This document shows positions 29,442 to 39,048 of a DNA stretch of 64,000 nucleotides, piece after piece. This stretch comes from Chitinophagales bacterium (lineage in GTDB: Bacteria > Bacteroidota > Bacteroidia > Chitinophagales > Chitinophagaceae). The position numbers and the translations under genes are program-made. Where the stretch lies: NCBI GenBank assembly GCA_038327865.1, contig JBBQLL010000012.1, forward strand, positions 24,726 through 88,725, written 5' to 3'. Positions within the stretch are counted from its first letter, which is position 1, and each line of letters begins with the position of its first letter. The notes under the pieces were generated by a model, which had not been told where the DNA came from, made no database searches, and was given only the letters and a program-made list of their open reading frames with translations.

Positions 29442-30497
29442 ATGAAAAACCTTTTTTTAGCTACTGTAGCATGCTGCTTATTTTTCACCACGTCTTTTTC
29501 TCAAACAAGTATTTTACCATTTGGTGTATCATTATGTGGTGCCGAATTTGGCACCGAAAATTTACCAGGCTTGTACAACAAAAATTACATTTACCCACAA
29601 AAATCAGAAGTAGAATATTTTGCAGATAAAGGTGTTTCCCTAATGCAATTGCCATTTAGATGGGAGCGTTTACAACACAACTTATATGCACCACTAGATG
29701 TACAAGAATTGGCTCGTATCAAAAAATTCTTAACCGATTGTGCTAATACAGGTGTAATGGTAGTCTTAAACATGCACAACTTTGCACGTTATAAAATTAA
29801 TAGTCAGGAGTACATTATTGGCTCTAATGAAGTGCCTTTAAAAGCTTTTAAAGATGTTTGGAAAAAACTTACGATAGAGCTTAAAGGGTTTCATAATATC
29901 TATGGGTTAGATATTATGAACGAGCCACACGATATGGGTAACTACTCTTGGTTTACCGCAGCTCAAGAAACCATAAATACAATAAGACAAGTAAACAAAA
30001 ATGTAGTAATAATGATTGAAGGCGAAAGCTATTCTAATGCTGCTACATGGAACATGAATAACGATTATTTGAAAAATTTAATTGACCCTTCAGATAATTT
30101 AGTATACAATGCCCATTGCTATTTCGACAACGATAATTCAGGTCGCTACTTATCAAGCTATGATGCGTCTAATATCAGTTCTCAAACTGGTATACAAAAA
30201 GTAAAACCTTTTATAGATTGGTTAAAAGCAAATGGTAAAAGAGGGTTTGTTGGCGAATTTGGTGTACCAAAAACAGATGCACGTTGGTTACCAGTATTAG
30301 ATAATTTTTTAAAGTATTTAACTGTAAATAATATCAGTGGGTCATATTGGGCTGCTGGTCAATGGTGGAAAAGCTACCCATTATCATTGCACCCAGTTGC
30401 AGGAAACGATCAACCACAAATGATGGTGTACGCAAAATATTTACAGAATAGTACTAACAGCTCAACTGTTACTAACAGAACAGTTGCAAGTAGATAA
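29442..30497 (+). CDS. GH5 endoglucanase (GH5_5-like)
   Basis: Signal peptide; GAEFG, LPFRWERLQ, NMHNF, MNEPH (acid/base), HCYFD, VGEFG (nucleophile), YWAAG. Confidence 0.88.
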   Translation: MKNLFLATVACCLFFTTSFSQTSILPFGVSLCGAEFGTENLPGLYNKNYIYPQKSEVEYFADKGVSLMQLPFRWERLQHNLYAPLDVQELARIKKFLTDCANTGVMVVLNMHNFARYKINSQEYIIGSNEVPLKAFKDVWKKLTIELKGFHNIYGLDIMNEPHDMGNYSWFTAAQETINTIRQVNKNVVIMIEGESYSNAATWNMNNDYLKNLIDPSDNLVYNAHCYFDNDNSGRYLSSYDASNISSQTGIQKVKPFIDWLKANGKRGFVGEFGVPKTDARWLPVLDNFLKYLTVNNISGSYWAAGQWWKSYPLSLHPVAGNDQPQMMVYAKYLQNSTNSSTVTNRTVASR

Positions 30498-30518
30498 TTG
30501 GTTTGGGTAGAAAGGTGA

Positions 30519-30548
30519 AAAAGAGGTCTAATTTTTTAGGCCTCTTTT
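30519..30548. terminator. Bidirectional terminator between the GH5 and ligase genes
   Basis: AAAAGAGGTCTAA / TTAGGCCTCTTTT stem between convergent genes. Confidence 0.7.
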
Positions 30549-30628
30549 ATTTTTATGGTAATAAAAAAAATGAAAAATTGTTTAGTTAGTAAATGACATT
30601 CTAATATAAGTATCAATAGATTACCTAC

Positions 30629-31732
30629 CTAATCAACCCTTAAAAACTGATAATTTATATAATCTACTACACTTTCTAAACTGCCTGTTTCTTCATATAC
30701 TTTTAATTGTCTATCTGCACCAGTACCACGTTCTAGCATAGTATGTACGTAGTTAATAAAGTGTCTACTGCCCAACTCATCAACCACATCATCAATAAAA
30801 TCTAATAATTCTAAAATTAAAGTACGGGTTGGCTTTTCAGTTTCATTGCCAAAATCTATCAAACTGCCATCTAAACCATAGCGGCTAGCCCGCCATTTAT
30901 TTTCGTTTATAAGTGCCCGTTGGTAAATCATAAAGTTCATGTTTTTATTTCTCAACTTATACAACTTGGCACAAATGGCTTGAAATATGGCTGCAATGGC
31001 AATGGTTTCATTGATGGTCATTGGCACATCACAAATGCGAAATTCAACAGTATTAAAAAAAGGATGTACACGTAAATCCCACCAAATTTTTTTAGCATTA
31101 TCTATACAATTGGTTTTAATTAATAGATTAACATAGCTCTCATAAGCTTCAATACTTTCAAAAAATTCTGGTATGCCCGTACGAGGAAACTTATCAAACA
31201 CCTTAGTTCTATATGATTTATAACCAGTTATGCGACCTTCCCAAAAAGGCGAGTTAGTGCTTAATGCATAAACATGCGGCAAAAAATACCTAGCACTATT
31301 GGCTAAGTGTATCGCCATTCGACGGTCTTCTATACCAACATGTACATGCAACCCAAAGATTAAATTACTTCTAGCCGCATCTTGCAATTCGTCTACTATT
31401 TGATGGTAACGATGGTGGTCAGTTATTAATTGGCTACCCCAATGGCTAAATGGATGGGTGCCACTTGCACCAACCCATAAGCCTAAATTACCGGCTATTT
31501 CTGCAATATTGCCACGAAGGCTAGCTACATCTTTATAAGCCTCATCAACATCTTGACAAATATCTGTACCTACCTCTACTACAGCCTGATGCATTTCGGC
31601 TTTTACTTTGTCTTTCAGTATTTTTTGTCCTTCTATAACAATGCGTTGCTCATGGCTTTTTAGTTCGCGTGTTACGGGGTCTATCACCATATATTCCTCT
31701 TCAACACCAATGGTAAAATGTTTGTAGCTCAT
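30629..31732 (-). CDS. Carboxylate-amine ligase, YbdK/GCS2 family
   Basis: TIGVEEEY, GTHPFS, FGLHVHVG, LSTNSPFW, WWDLRVHP, TVEFRICD. Confidence 0.92.
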   Translation of the reverse strand: MSYKHFTIGVEEEYMVIDPVTRELKSHEQRIVIEGQKILKDKVKAEMHQAVVEVGTDICQDVDEAYKDVASLRGNIAEIAGNLGLWVGASGTHPFSHWGSQLITDHHRYHQIVDELQDAARSNLIFGLHVHVGIEDRRMAIHLANSARYFLPHVYALSTNSPFWEGRITGYKSYRTKVFDKFPRTGIPEFFESIEAYESYVNLLIKTNCIDNAKKIWWDLRVHPFFNTVEFRICDVPMTINETIAIAAIFQAICAKLYKLRNKNMNFMIYQRALINENKWRASRYGLDGSLIDFGNETEKPTRTLILELLDFIDDVVDELGSRHFINYVHTMLERGTGADRQLKVYEETGSLESVVDYINYQFLRVD

Positions 31733-31808
31733 AGCAATAATTTAAAAATTAGAAAATGTGCATGTATACAAATGTGACAATACGCACATTTGATTTTTAG
31801 TTTACACC

Positions 31809-32762
31809 TTAAATCAAAGGAATTTTCGCACACCCTCTCTTAACATATTCACCCCAAGTTAAGTTGTCTGTATTATCAATTTGTGCTAATGCTTTTTCTA
31901 TGGCATAGTTGGCAGCTGTTTCTACCACCCATGCAAAGTTTTCTTCACCAACACTGCTGCGTTCTGCATCTGGTGCAGGATTACAGAAATCTATAGCATA
32001 AGGTACACCATCACGAATGGCTAACTCAACCGTATTAAAATCATAACCTAAAAAATGGTTTATTTTCAACACAATTTCTTCCATTTGTTTTAGTCGTTCA
32101 ACACTAGGTTTAAAATCTGCTACATAACGCAAATGGTGTGGATTGCGGGGTTCGTAAGGCATAATGCGTACATGCTTACCACCAATACAATAGCAGCGAT
32201 AATATTCGGTAAATACAATTTCTTCTTGCAATAGCATTACCAATTGTTCTGTTTCTGCATGTTTTTCATAAAACTCTTCAATGCTTTCTAGTTTGTATAC
32301 GTTCTTCCAACCGCCACCAGCAAAGGGTTTCATATAAGCAGGAAAGCCCGTGTAGTCAAAAATACCTTTCCAATCTAACGGATAGGCAAGGTTACTAAAC
32401 GATTCGCCAGTAGTATCGTCTGGTAATTTATAAGATGGTAAAATGGCTGTTTTAGGTACAGCTACACCAATTTTAGTTGATAAGCAATTGTTAAAAAATT
32501 TCTCGTCAGCACTCCACCAAAATGGGTTGTTAATAACTGCTGTACCGCACAAAGCCGCGTTTTTTAAAAAAGCTCTGTAAAATGGCACATCTTGACTTAT
32601 ACGATCTATTATTACTGAATAACCTGAAGATTCACCTTGAACAACCTTATCTATTTTAACCGATTCGGCCATAATGCCGTCTATTTTTTTACTATTTATC
32701 CGTTCTACAAAAGCTTCAGGAAAGCTTCTTTCTTTGCCGTGTAAAATGCCAATCTTTTTCAT
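31809..32762 (-). CDS. RimK-like ATP-grasp ligase
   Basis: IDRISQD, INNPFWWSADEKF, PAYMKPFAGGGWKNVY, LLQEEI, FNTVELA, IDFCNPAPD. Confidence 0.75.
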   Translation of the reverse strand: MKKIGILHGKERSFPEAFVERINSKKIDGIMAESVKIDKVVQGESSGYSVIIDRISQDVPFYRAFLKNAALCGTAVINNPFWWSADEKFFNNCLSTKIGVAVPKTAILPSYKLPDDTTGESFSNLAYPLDWKGIFDYTGFPAYMKPFAGGGWKNVYKLESIEEFYEKHAETEQLVMLLQEEIVFTEYYRCYCIGGKHVRIMPYEPRNPHHLRYVADFKPSVERLKQMEEIVLKINHFLGYDFNTVELAIRDGVPYAIDFCNPAPDAERSSVGEENFAWVVETAANYAIEKALAQIDNTDNLTWGEYVKRGCAKIPLI

Positions 32763-32904
32763 TGTTGTGGTGTATTTAGTTACTAATTATTAAATTATAT
32801 CTATTGGGGGTCAATGTAAATAAACAATCGGAAACAACCTTGCAAATAGCTAAATAAAATGTTGATTTATTTTTAAAAAATTGGTTTCCTTATTTTTGAA
32901 AGCT

Positions 32905-33726
32905 ATGTTATCTCCTAATCAATTTATTTCCTCAGCAATTATTATAGAACAAAAAATACTGTACTCGCAATATTTAGAACGAGAAGTTATTATAGATGCC
33001 TATTTGCCAATTAATATATCACTACCAGAGCAATTAAGTTTATTGTTAATAAACGATGGACAAGATTTACTTAAAATGCCATTTGATAGTTTATTAAATG
33101 AGCTAATTGCTACTAAAGAAATAGACCCTTTGCTTTGTATAGGTATACATTGTGGTAGCGATAGACGTAACGAATATGGTACTGCTTATAGTGCAGATTA
33201 TCAAGGGCTTGGTGCAAAAGCAGGATTATACAATAAGTTTATTTTCGATGAATTATTACCCTTTATTCGTAAAACATACAGTATACTTAATTTTAAAGAT
33301 AAAGCCTTTGCTGGCTTTAGTTTGGGTGGGTTAAGTGCTTTTGATATTGTATGGAATAATGCTAGCGAATTTAATAAAATTGGTGTGTTTAGTGGTAGCC
33401 TTTGGTGGAGAAGAAAAGGCTACAATGATGGCTACGATGAAGAGCTAGACAGACTGATGCACTTGCAAGTACGAAAAGGTAATTTTTATCCATGGCTCAA
33501 ACTATTTATTCAATGTGGCACGCAAGATGAAACTGCTGATAGAAACAACAATGGTATAATTGATAGCATAGACGATGCCCTAGATGTAATTGTAGAATTA
33601 AAAGTGAAGGGCTATACTGATACGCATATAAAATATATGTTGGTAGAAGATGGTAAACATGATGTGCCTACTTGGGCTAAAGCATTGCCAGATTTTTTAA
33701 AATGGGGTTGGGGAAGCAAAAGTTGA
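32905..33726 (+). CDS. Alpha/beta-hydrolase esterase (Fes/enterochelin esterase-like)
   Basis: LLINDGQD, nucleophile elbow GFSLGG, FSGSLWW, C-terminal GKHD; start 32905 (ATG) or 32881 (TTG). Confidence 0.85.
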   Translation: MLSPNQFISSAIIIEQKILYSQYLEREVIIDAYLPINISLPEQLSLLLINDGQDLLKMPFDSLLNELIATKEIDPLLCIGIHCGSDRRNEYGTAYSADYQGLGAKAGLYNKFIFDELLPFIRKTYSILNFKDKAFAGFSLGGLSAFDIVWNNASEFNKIGVFSGSLWWRRKGYNDGYDEELDRLMHLQVRKGNFYPWLKLFIQCGTQDETADRNNNGIIDSIDDALDVIVELKVKGYTDTHIKYMLVEDGKHDVPTWAKALPDFLKWGWGSKS

Positions 33727-33818
33727 TGGTCAATGAACAATGGTTTTAGCTTCATAAATTAATGTAATTTGTATAATAGTTTTTATTAGTGGTTCCAAAT
33801 TAGTGTAATACCTTATCT

Positions 33819-34241
33819 ATGAACTTTAAAAATCTATTTCCATTTTTATTATTACTGATGTTGGCGGTGGTTGCTATTGGGATTAAACAATGCAAACAAG
33901 CACCTACTAAAAAGTCATCAATCCAAATTACTGAATTTGCTGCCAAACAACCGCCTGGTCTAAACAGAAATCCATCACATATTAACTATAGTAAACATGC
34001 AAAATGCCGTATGGCTTGCCGACATATTGATGAAGCAGAAGTAACAGATTTACTTAAAAACGGCACTATAAACTATAAAAAAAGTGAATTACAAGGTGAG
34101 AGTTGCAGAAAAAAATATGCAGTTGAAGGCTACAGTAAAGACAGGCAGCATCTACGCCTAATTTTTGCTCCATGTGGTGATGAAATGACCGTTGTAACTT
34201 GTATAGATTTAGACCAAGAATGGACTTGCGATTGTAAATAA
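33819..34241 (+). CDS. DUF4258-domain protein with an N-terminal membrane anchor
   Basis: YSKHAKCRMACRHIDEAEV...YAVEG...LRLIFA...VVTCID. Confidence 0.7.
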   Translation: MNFKNLFPFLLLLMLAVVAIGIKQCKQAPTKKSSIQITEFAAKQPPGLNRNPSHINYSKHAKCRMACRHIDEAEVTDLLKNGTINYKKSELQGESCRKKYAVEGYSKDRQHLRLIFAPCGDEMTVVTCIDLDQEWTCDCK

Positions 34242-34242
34242 A

Positions 34243-34330
34243 TGAATAGTGAAAAGTGAAAAATAAAATAAAATACACTTACAATATCTTGTTTTAAAGT
34301 GTCTAATTTCAAATCCCAAATTTCAAACAG
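34243..34330. repeat. Two-arm 7-bp-periodic intergenic repeat
   Basis: TGAATAG TGAAAAG TGAAAAA ... CTAATTT CAAATCC CAAATTT CAAACAG. Confidence 0.55.
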
Positions 34331-34340
34331 CAATTATCCC

Positions 34341-34348
34341 TATGTTTG
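34341..34348 (+). promoter_or_regulatory. Bacteroidota sigma70 -7 element
   Basis: TATGTTTG, 24 nt upstream of the DUF2723 ATG. Confidence 0.6.
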
Positions 34349-34372
34349 CGAACGTCTTTAAAAAAATAACAA

Positions 34373-37300
34373 ATGAACTTTACCAAGATTAACAACCTAG
34401 TTGGTTGGGTTGTGTGTTTATTAGCTTGCACAGTGTACATTTTAACATCAGAAGCTGGTGGTAGTTTTTGGGATTGTGGCGAATTTGTAAGTAGCTGTTT
34501 TAAAGTCCAAATTCCGCATCCACCTGGGGCACCGTTATTCGTACTATTAGGTAGGATATTTATAATAATGTTTGGCAATGACCCAAATACAGCTGCTAAA
34601 GCTGTTAATATAATGAGTGCTTTGTCAAGTGGTTTTACCATTTTGTTTTTGTTTTGGACCATTACGCACTTTGCTCGCAGAATAGTTAAAGTAACCATTA
34701 CCGACAACATGACTAGCTACCAAATTTGGAGCGTTATGGGTGCTGGTGTTGTTGGTGCATTGGCCTATACTTTTAGTGATAGTTTTTGGTATAGCGCTGT
34801 TGAAGGTGAGGTTTACGCCATGAGTTCTTTTTTTACAGCTATTGTATTTTGGGCTATTTTAAAGTGGGAGCATGAAGCTGACAAGCCTTACGCAGATAGA
34901 TGGATTGTGTTAATATTTTTCTTAATGGGTTTATCTATAGGTGTTCACTTATTAAATTTGTTAACCATTCCTGCTATTGTAATGGTCTATTATTATAAAA
35001 GGCAGGCTACTTTCAATTATCCATTAATGCGTAAATGGTTTATACGTTTGTTGGGTATTGGAGCTGTGTTAGGCATAATAGTTACCTTGTACATGGCAAG
35101 TAAAGAAGCAAGTGAAGAACGTAATATCCCATCTGATCCTACAATGGCGGGGCTTGTAATACTAGGTGCTTTAGCTGCTTTTGGCTTTTTATATTTTGTT
35201 GAGGGCATTAATAAAGCCAAGAAAAATTTATATGGCGGGGTATACCTTTTCTTTTTAATAGGTTGTGCTATTACTGGCCTTGTACAAGTTGGCGTAATCC
35301 AGTCTAGCATTGGGTTAGCGGGTGCTTTCGATAGAACTTTTGTAAACAGTTTTGGCTTACCATTCTTTAGTGGGTTTACTTTCTTCTTTGTGTTATTAGC
35401 AGTTTTAATTTGGGTTGGTTTACGTTTTGCCACAACAAAAGGCTGGGCTTATTTGCGTTTGGCATTGTGGTGTTTTACGTTTATGCTAATAGGGTATAGC
35501 ACTTATTTAACCACCATGATTCGTAGTAATGCAGACCCTGTGGTAGATATGTACAATGTAGATAATCCGATGAGTTTGGTGGGTTATTTAGGTCGTGAAC
35601 AATACGGCGATTTCCCTTTGATTTATGGACAAAAATTTAATGCACAACCTGTAAACTATAAACAAGGTGCTACCAAATACCAAAAAGGGAAAGACAAATA
35701 TGTAGACATTGGTAAAGATTTTGGCTATGTATATATGCCGGAAGATAAAATGGTATTACCTCGTGTTTGGGATGCCAGTAACGATCAAAATCACGCAGAT
35801 TACTACGGCTACTTTTTAGATATTGGTAAAAATAAAGATGGTGCTTTTGAACGCTCGCCAAACCAAGGTGATAACATTAAATTCTTTGTAGGTTATCAAT
35901 TCTACTGGATGTATTTGCGTTATTTTATGTGGAATTTTGCTGGTAAGCAAGATGATATTCAAGGTTTGTTTATTGGTAATATTCGCGATGGCAACTGGAT
36001 TTCTGGAATACCTTTTATTGATAACGTTTTCTTTGGCGATCAAAGTTCATTGCCAGATAGTATTAAAAATAATAAGGCACATAATAAGCTTTTCCTATTA
36101 CCACTTATTTTAGGGTTAATCGGTTTATTTTATCACTTTAAACAAAAAGGAGACGATGCTTTTGTAAGCATGTTGTTATTCTTCTTCACGGGGTTTGCCA
36201 TTGTTATTTACTTAAACCAAGCGGGTTATCAACCACGTGAGCGTGATTATGCGTATGTAGGTAGCTTTTATGCGTTTGCCATTTGGATTGGTATAGGAGT
36301 TCTAAAAGTGCGTGATTGGATAGCAAAAGCGGTTACGCAAACAACAGCTGCAACTATTGCTACCATTGTATGTTTATTGGCAGTACCTACTATAATGGCA
36401 CAACAAGAGTGGGACGACCATGATAGAAGCAAAAAAGTATTGGCGAGAGATTTAGCAAAAGATTATTTAGAAAGTTGTGCACCAAATGCTATTCTAATGT
36501 CCTTCGGCGATAACGATACTTACCCACTTTGGTATGCTCAAGAGGTAGAAGGTATTAGAAAGGATGTGCGTGTTATTAACAACAGTTTATTGGGTATTGA
36601 TTGGTATATTAATCAATTGCGTTACAAGGTAAATGAAAGTGATGCAATTGATGTTATTTGGACTGCCGAACAAATTGAAGGTGCCAAAATGAATTATATC
36701 CGTTTTAAGGCAAATCCTGCTATTCCTGAAACCAAATACTACGATTTGTACGATATGATGAAGAATTATATTGGTGGTAAAGTAGGTGCTGAAGATCAAG
36801 GTGATGGTAGTGCCGAACCAACTTTTCCTGTACATAAAGTATCTGTACCAGTTAATAAAGCAGTGGTTTTGGCTAATAAAACAGTTAATGCCACTGATAG
36901 TGTTGTTAGCGAATTACAATTTGATATTCCTAAAGGGGCTTTACAAAAAAATGATTTAGCTGTATTAAATATTATTGCTGCCAATAAATGGCAACGTCCT
37001 ATCTACTTTACATCACCTTATGGCGAATTAGGTTTTGGTAAATATTTGCGAAAAGATGGCCTAAGCTACCGCTTAGTACCTGTAGAAAACGATGAGATGA
37101 ATGCAGATTGGGCCATGAATAATATGCTAAATAAATTTGCTTTTGGCAATGCAGATTTAAAAGGTGTGTATTATGATGAAGAAAACCGTAGGCATTTAAA
37201 CACAATACGTAGTGCTTATGCTGAATTAGCGAGTTATCTATCTACAAAAAATAGAAAAGAAGACGCACGTAAAATATTGAATAAGGTAGACAAGGGTATG

Positions 37301-37624
37301 TTAGAAGAAAACTTTGCTTACGGTATGGTAAGCCGTGGCAACACACATAACCGCACTAGTTTATTGTTTTTAGATGCATGCTACCGAGCTGAAGATAAAG
37401 CTTTAATTGCTAAAGTTTCAGCGTCTATTAAAAAGGATTTACAACAGCAAATTAAATACTATAACAGTTTAGATGGCCGGAATGCAGAAAATATGGCCGA
37501 AGAAAAACGTATTGCAGAAAGCTATTTAGGCGCAATGGATGGTATGGAAAAACAATACACCATGCCTAAAATTGCTGTACCAGAAATTGGTAGTAAAGTA
37601 ATAAAAGATAGTAGTACTAAATAA
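34373..37624 (+). CDS. DUF2723 / TMEM260-like GT-C membrane glycosyltransferase
   Basis: SFWDCGEF, PHPPGAPLF, WYSAVEGEVYA, GVHLLNLL, QPRERDYAY, GDNDTYPLWY. Confidence 0.88.
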   Translation: MNFTKINNLVGWVVCLLACTVYILTSEAGGSFWDCGEFVSSCFKVQIPHPPGAPLFVLLGRIFIIMFGNDPNTAAKAVNIMSALSSGFTILFLFWTITHFARRIVKVTITDNMTSYQIWSVMGAGVVGALAYTFSDSFWYSAVEGEVYAMSSFFTAIVFWAILKWEHEADKPYADRWIVLIFFLMGLSIGVHLLNLLTIPAIVMVYYYKRQATFNYPLMRKWFIRLLGIGAVLGIIVTLYMASKEASEERNIPSDPTMAGLVILGALAAFGFLYFVEGINKAKKNLYGGVYLFFLIGCAITGLVQVGVIQSSIGLAGAFDRTFVNSFGLPFFSGFTFFFVLLAVLIWVGLRFATTKGWAYLRLALWCFTFMLIGYSTYLTTMIRSNADPVVDMYNVDNPMSLVGYLGREQYGDFPLIYGQKFNAQPVNYKQGATKYQKGKDKYVDIGKDFGYVYMPEDKMVLPRVWDASNDQNHADYYGYFLDIGKNKDGAFERSPNQGDNIKFFVGYQFYWMYLRYFMWNFAGKQDDIQGLFIGNIRDGNWISGIPFIDNVFFGDQSSLPDSIKNNKAHNKLFLLPLILGLIGLFYHFKQKGDDAFVSMLLFFFTGFAIVIYLNQAGYQPRERDYAYVGSFYAFAIWIGIGVLKVRDWIAKAVTQTTAATIATIVCLLAVPTIMAQQEWDDHDRSKKVLARDLAKDYLESCAPNAILMSFGDNDTYPLWYAQEVEGIRKDVRVINNSLLGIDWYINQLRYKVNESDAIDVIWTAEQIEGAKMNYIRFKANPAIPETKYYDLYDMMKNYIGGKVGAEDQGDGSAEPTFPVHKVSVPVNKAVVLANKTVNATDSVVSELQFDIPKGALQKNDLAVLNIIAANKWQRPIYFTSPYGELGFGKYLRKDGLSYRLVPVENDEMNADWAMNNMLNKFAFGNADLKGVYYDEENRRHLNTIRSAYAELASYLSTKNRKEDARKILNKVDKGMLEENFAYGMVSRGNTHNRTSLLFLDACYRAEDKALIAKVSASIKKDLQQQIKYYNSLDGRNAENMAEEKRIAESYLGAMDGMEKQYTMPKIAVPEIGSKVIKDSSTK

Positions 37625-37643
37625 ATAATTGGTCATCATAAAT

Positions 37644-37681
37644 AAAAATCCCTCATTTCAATATTGAAATGAGGGATTTTT
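37644..37681. terminator. Intrinsic terminator after the DUF2723 gene
   Basis: Perfect 38-nt palindrome AAAAATCCCTCATTTCAAT / ATTGAAATGAGGGATTTTT. Confidence 0.85.
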
Positions 37682-37744
37682 AGATTATTATTAGAACATA
37701 GTATATTATAAACCTACCGTATTCACTATTAACGACGCTTTACA

Positions 37745-38160
37745 TTACTTAAGCTTTATTACCGGCTTAAGTCTATAGTCGCCGGTTCCATTTTGATAAA
37801 TAGATAATTCGGCATCAAAACCTATTATCGTTACTTCATTTGGTGAAAACAACCCTTTATTTGCTTTTATTTTTAAGCCAGATTCCTCACCGCTAGCAAT
37901 GGTTAAAGGGTAAACAACATTATTTATTTTAATAGTATTGTTTAATCCTAATATAAGTCTTATTTCCTTTACATTACCGTAAGGGTAAGTACCTCTTCCT
38001 ATCAACGTGTCTTTACCATTCTGGTAGGCAAGTAAATCATAAATACTAAGAATGGTTGCTAGAGTAACCCACCCTGTAGAATCCTCTTTAAAATTTACAC
38101 GTACTTCTTTAATATCTACGTTTACTTGTTGGGAAGTACTATACTTTAATGGATGTTGGT
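37745..38160 (-). pseudogene. DUF4382-like lipoprotein pseudogene (5' end lost or frameshifted)
   Basis: The frame extends upstream of the track ORF as QQVNVDIKEVRV...GWVTL...YDLLAYQNGKDTLIG...EIRLILG...FDAELSI...YRLKPVIK; no start codon before an in-frame TAA; 'TSIKV*' sits in another frame. Confidence 0.65.
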
Positions 38161-38283
38161 ACCAAATATTATCAATTTAATTTTAATCTAATATCAGTTC
38201 AGTCACTCACGTTTTGGTATTATAGGTTGGTTGTTTATAAAAAATGAAGCGAGCAAAAGCAAATATTTAATTATTTTTATTTC

Positions 38284-38976
38284 ATGGTAAAACAAAAATT
38301 AGTAGTACTAACTGGTGCAGGTATTAGTGCCGAAAGTGGGCTTAAAACCTTTCGTGATAGTGATGGCTTGTGGGAAGGTTACAATGTTTATGATGTGGCC
38401 ACACCAAGAGGTTTTAAAACTAACCCTGCATTGGTTTTAGACTTTTATAACCTACGCAGAAAAGATGTAGCTAATGCACAGCCAAATGCTGCACATATTT
38501 GCTTGGCAGAGTTAGAAAAATATTTTGATGTATATATTATTACTCAAAATATTGATGACTTGCACGAACGTGGCGGCAGTACAAATGTTACCCACTTACA
38601 TGGGCAAATATTTGAAATGCGTAGTGTGCAAAACAATGAAGTTATTTATGAAATTAAGAATGATATTAACCTTGGGGATGTAGATGAACATGGCCACCAA
38701 CTTCGCCCAAATATTGTTTGGTTTGAGGAAACTGTACCCATGATTGATTTGGCTGTAAATATTGTACGTAATGCTGATATTTTTGTAGTCATAGGTACAT
38801 CGCTACAAGTGTATCCTGCTGCGGGTTTAATAGATATGGCAAGGTCAATAATTCCTAAGTATGTTATTGATAAAAAAATACCTTACACCTCTGCATTACA
38901 AAACCTAACAGTAATAGAAAAACCAGCCAGCGAAGGTGTAAAACTTTTACAAAAAAAGCTATTAAACCTACAATAA
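38284..38976 (+). CDS. cobB: NAD-dependent protein deacylase (class III sirtuin)
   Basis: GAGISAESG, FYNLRR, TQNIDDLHER, LHG, LRPNIVWFEE, GTSLQVYPAAGL. Confidence 0.93.
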   Translation: MVKQKLVVLTGAGISAESGLKTFRDSDGLWEGYNVYDVATPRGFKTNPALVLDFYNLRRKDVANAQPNAAHICLAELEKYFDVYIITQNIDDLHERGGSTNVTHLHGQIFEMRSVQNNEVIYEIKNDINLGDVDEHGHQLRPNIVWFEETVPMIDLAVNIVRNADIFVVIGTSLQVYPAAGLIDMARSIIPKYVIDKKIPYTSALQNLTVIEKPASEGVKLLQKKLLNLQ

Positions 38977-39048
38977 ATCCTTTTTGCCATTTTTAGTTTT
39001 TTGCTAACAAAATGGTGGTTATTTTTCCAACAAAACAAAGCAGCAATT

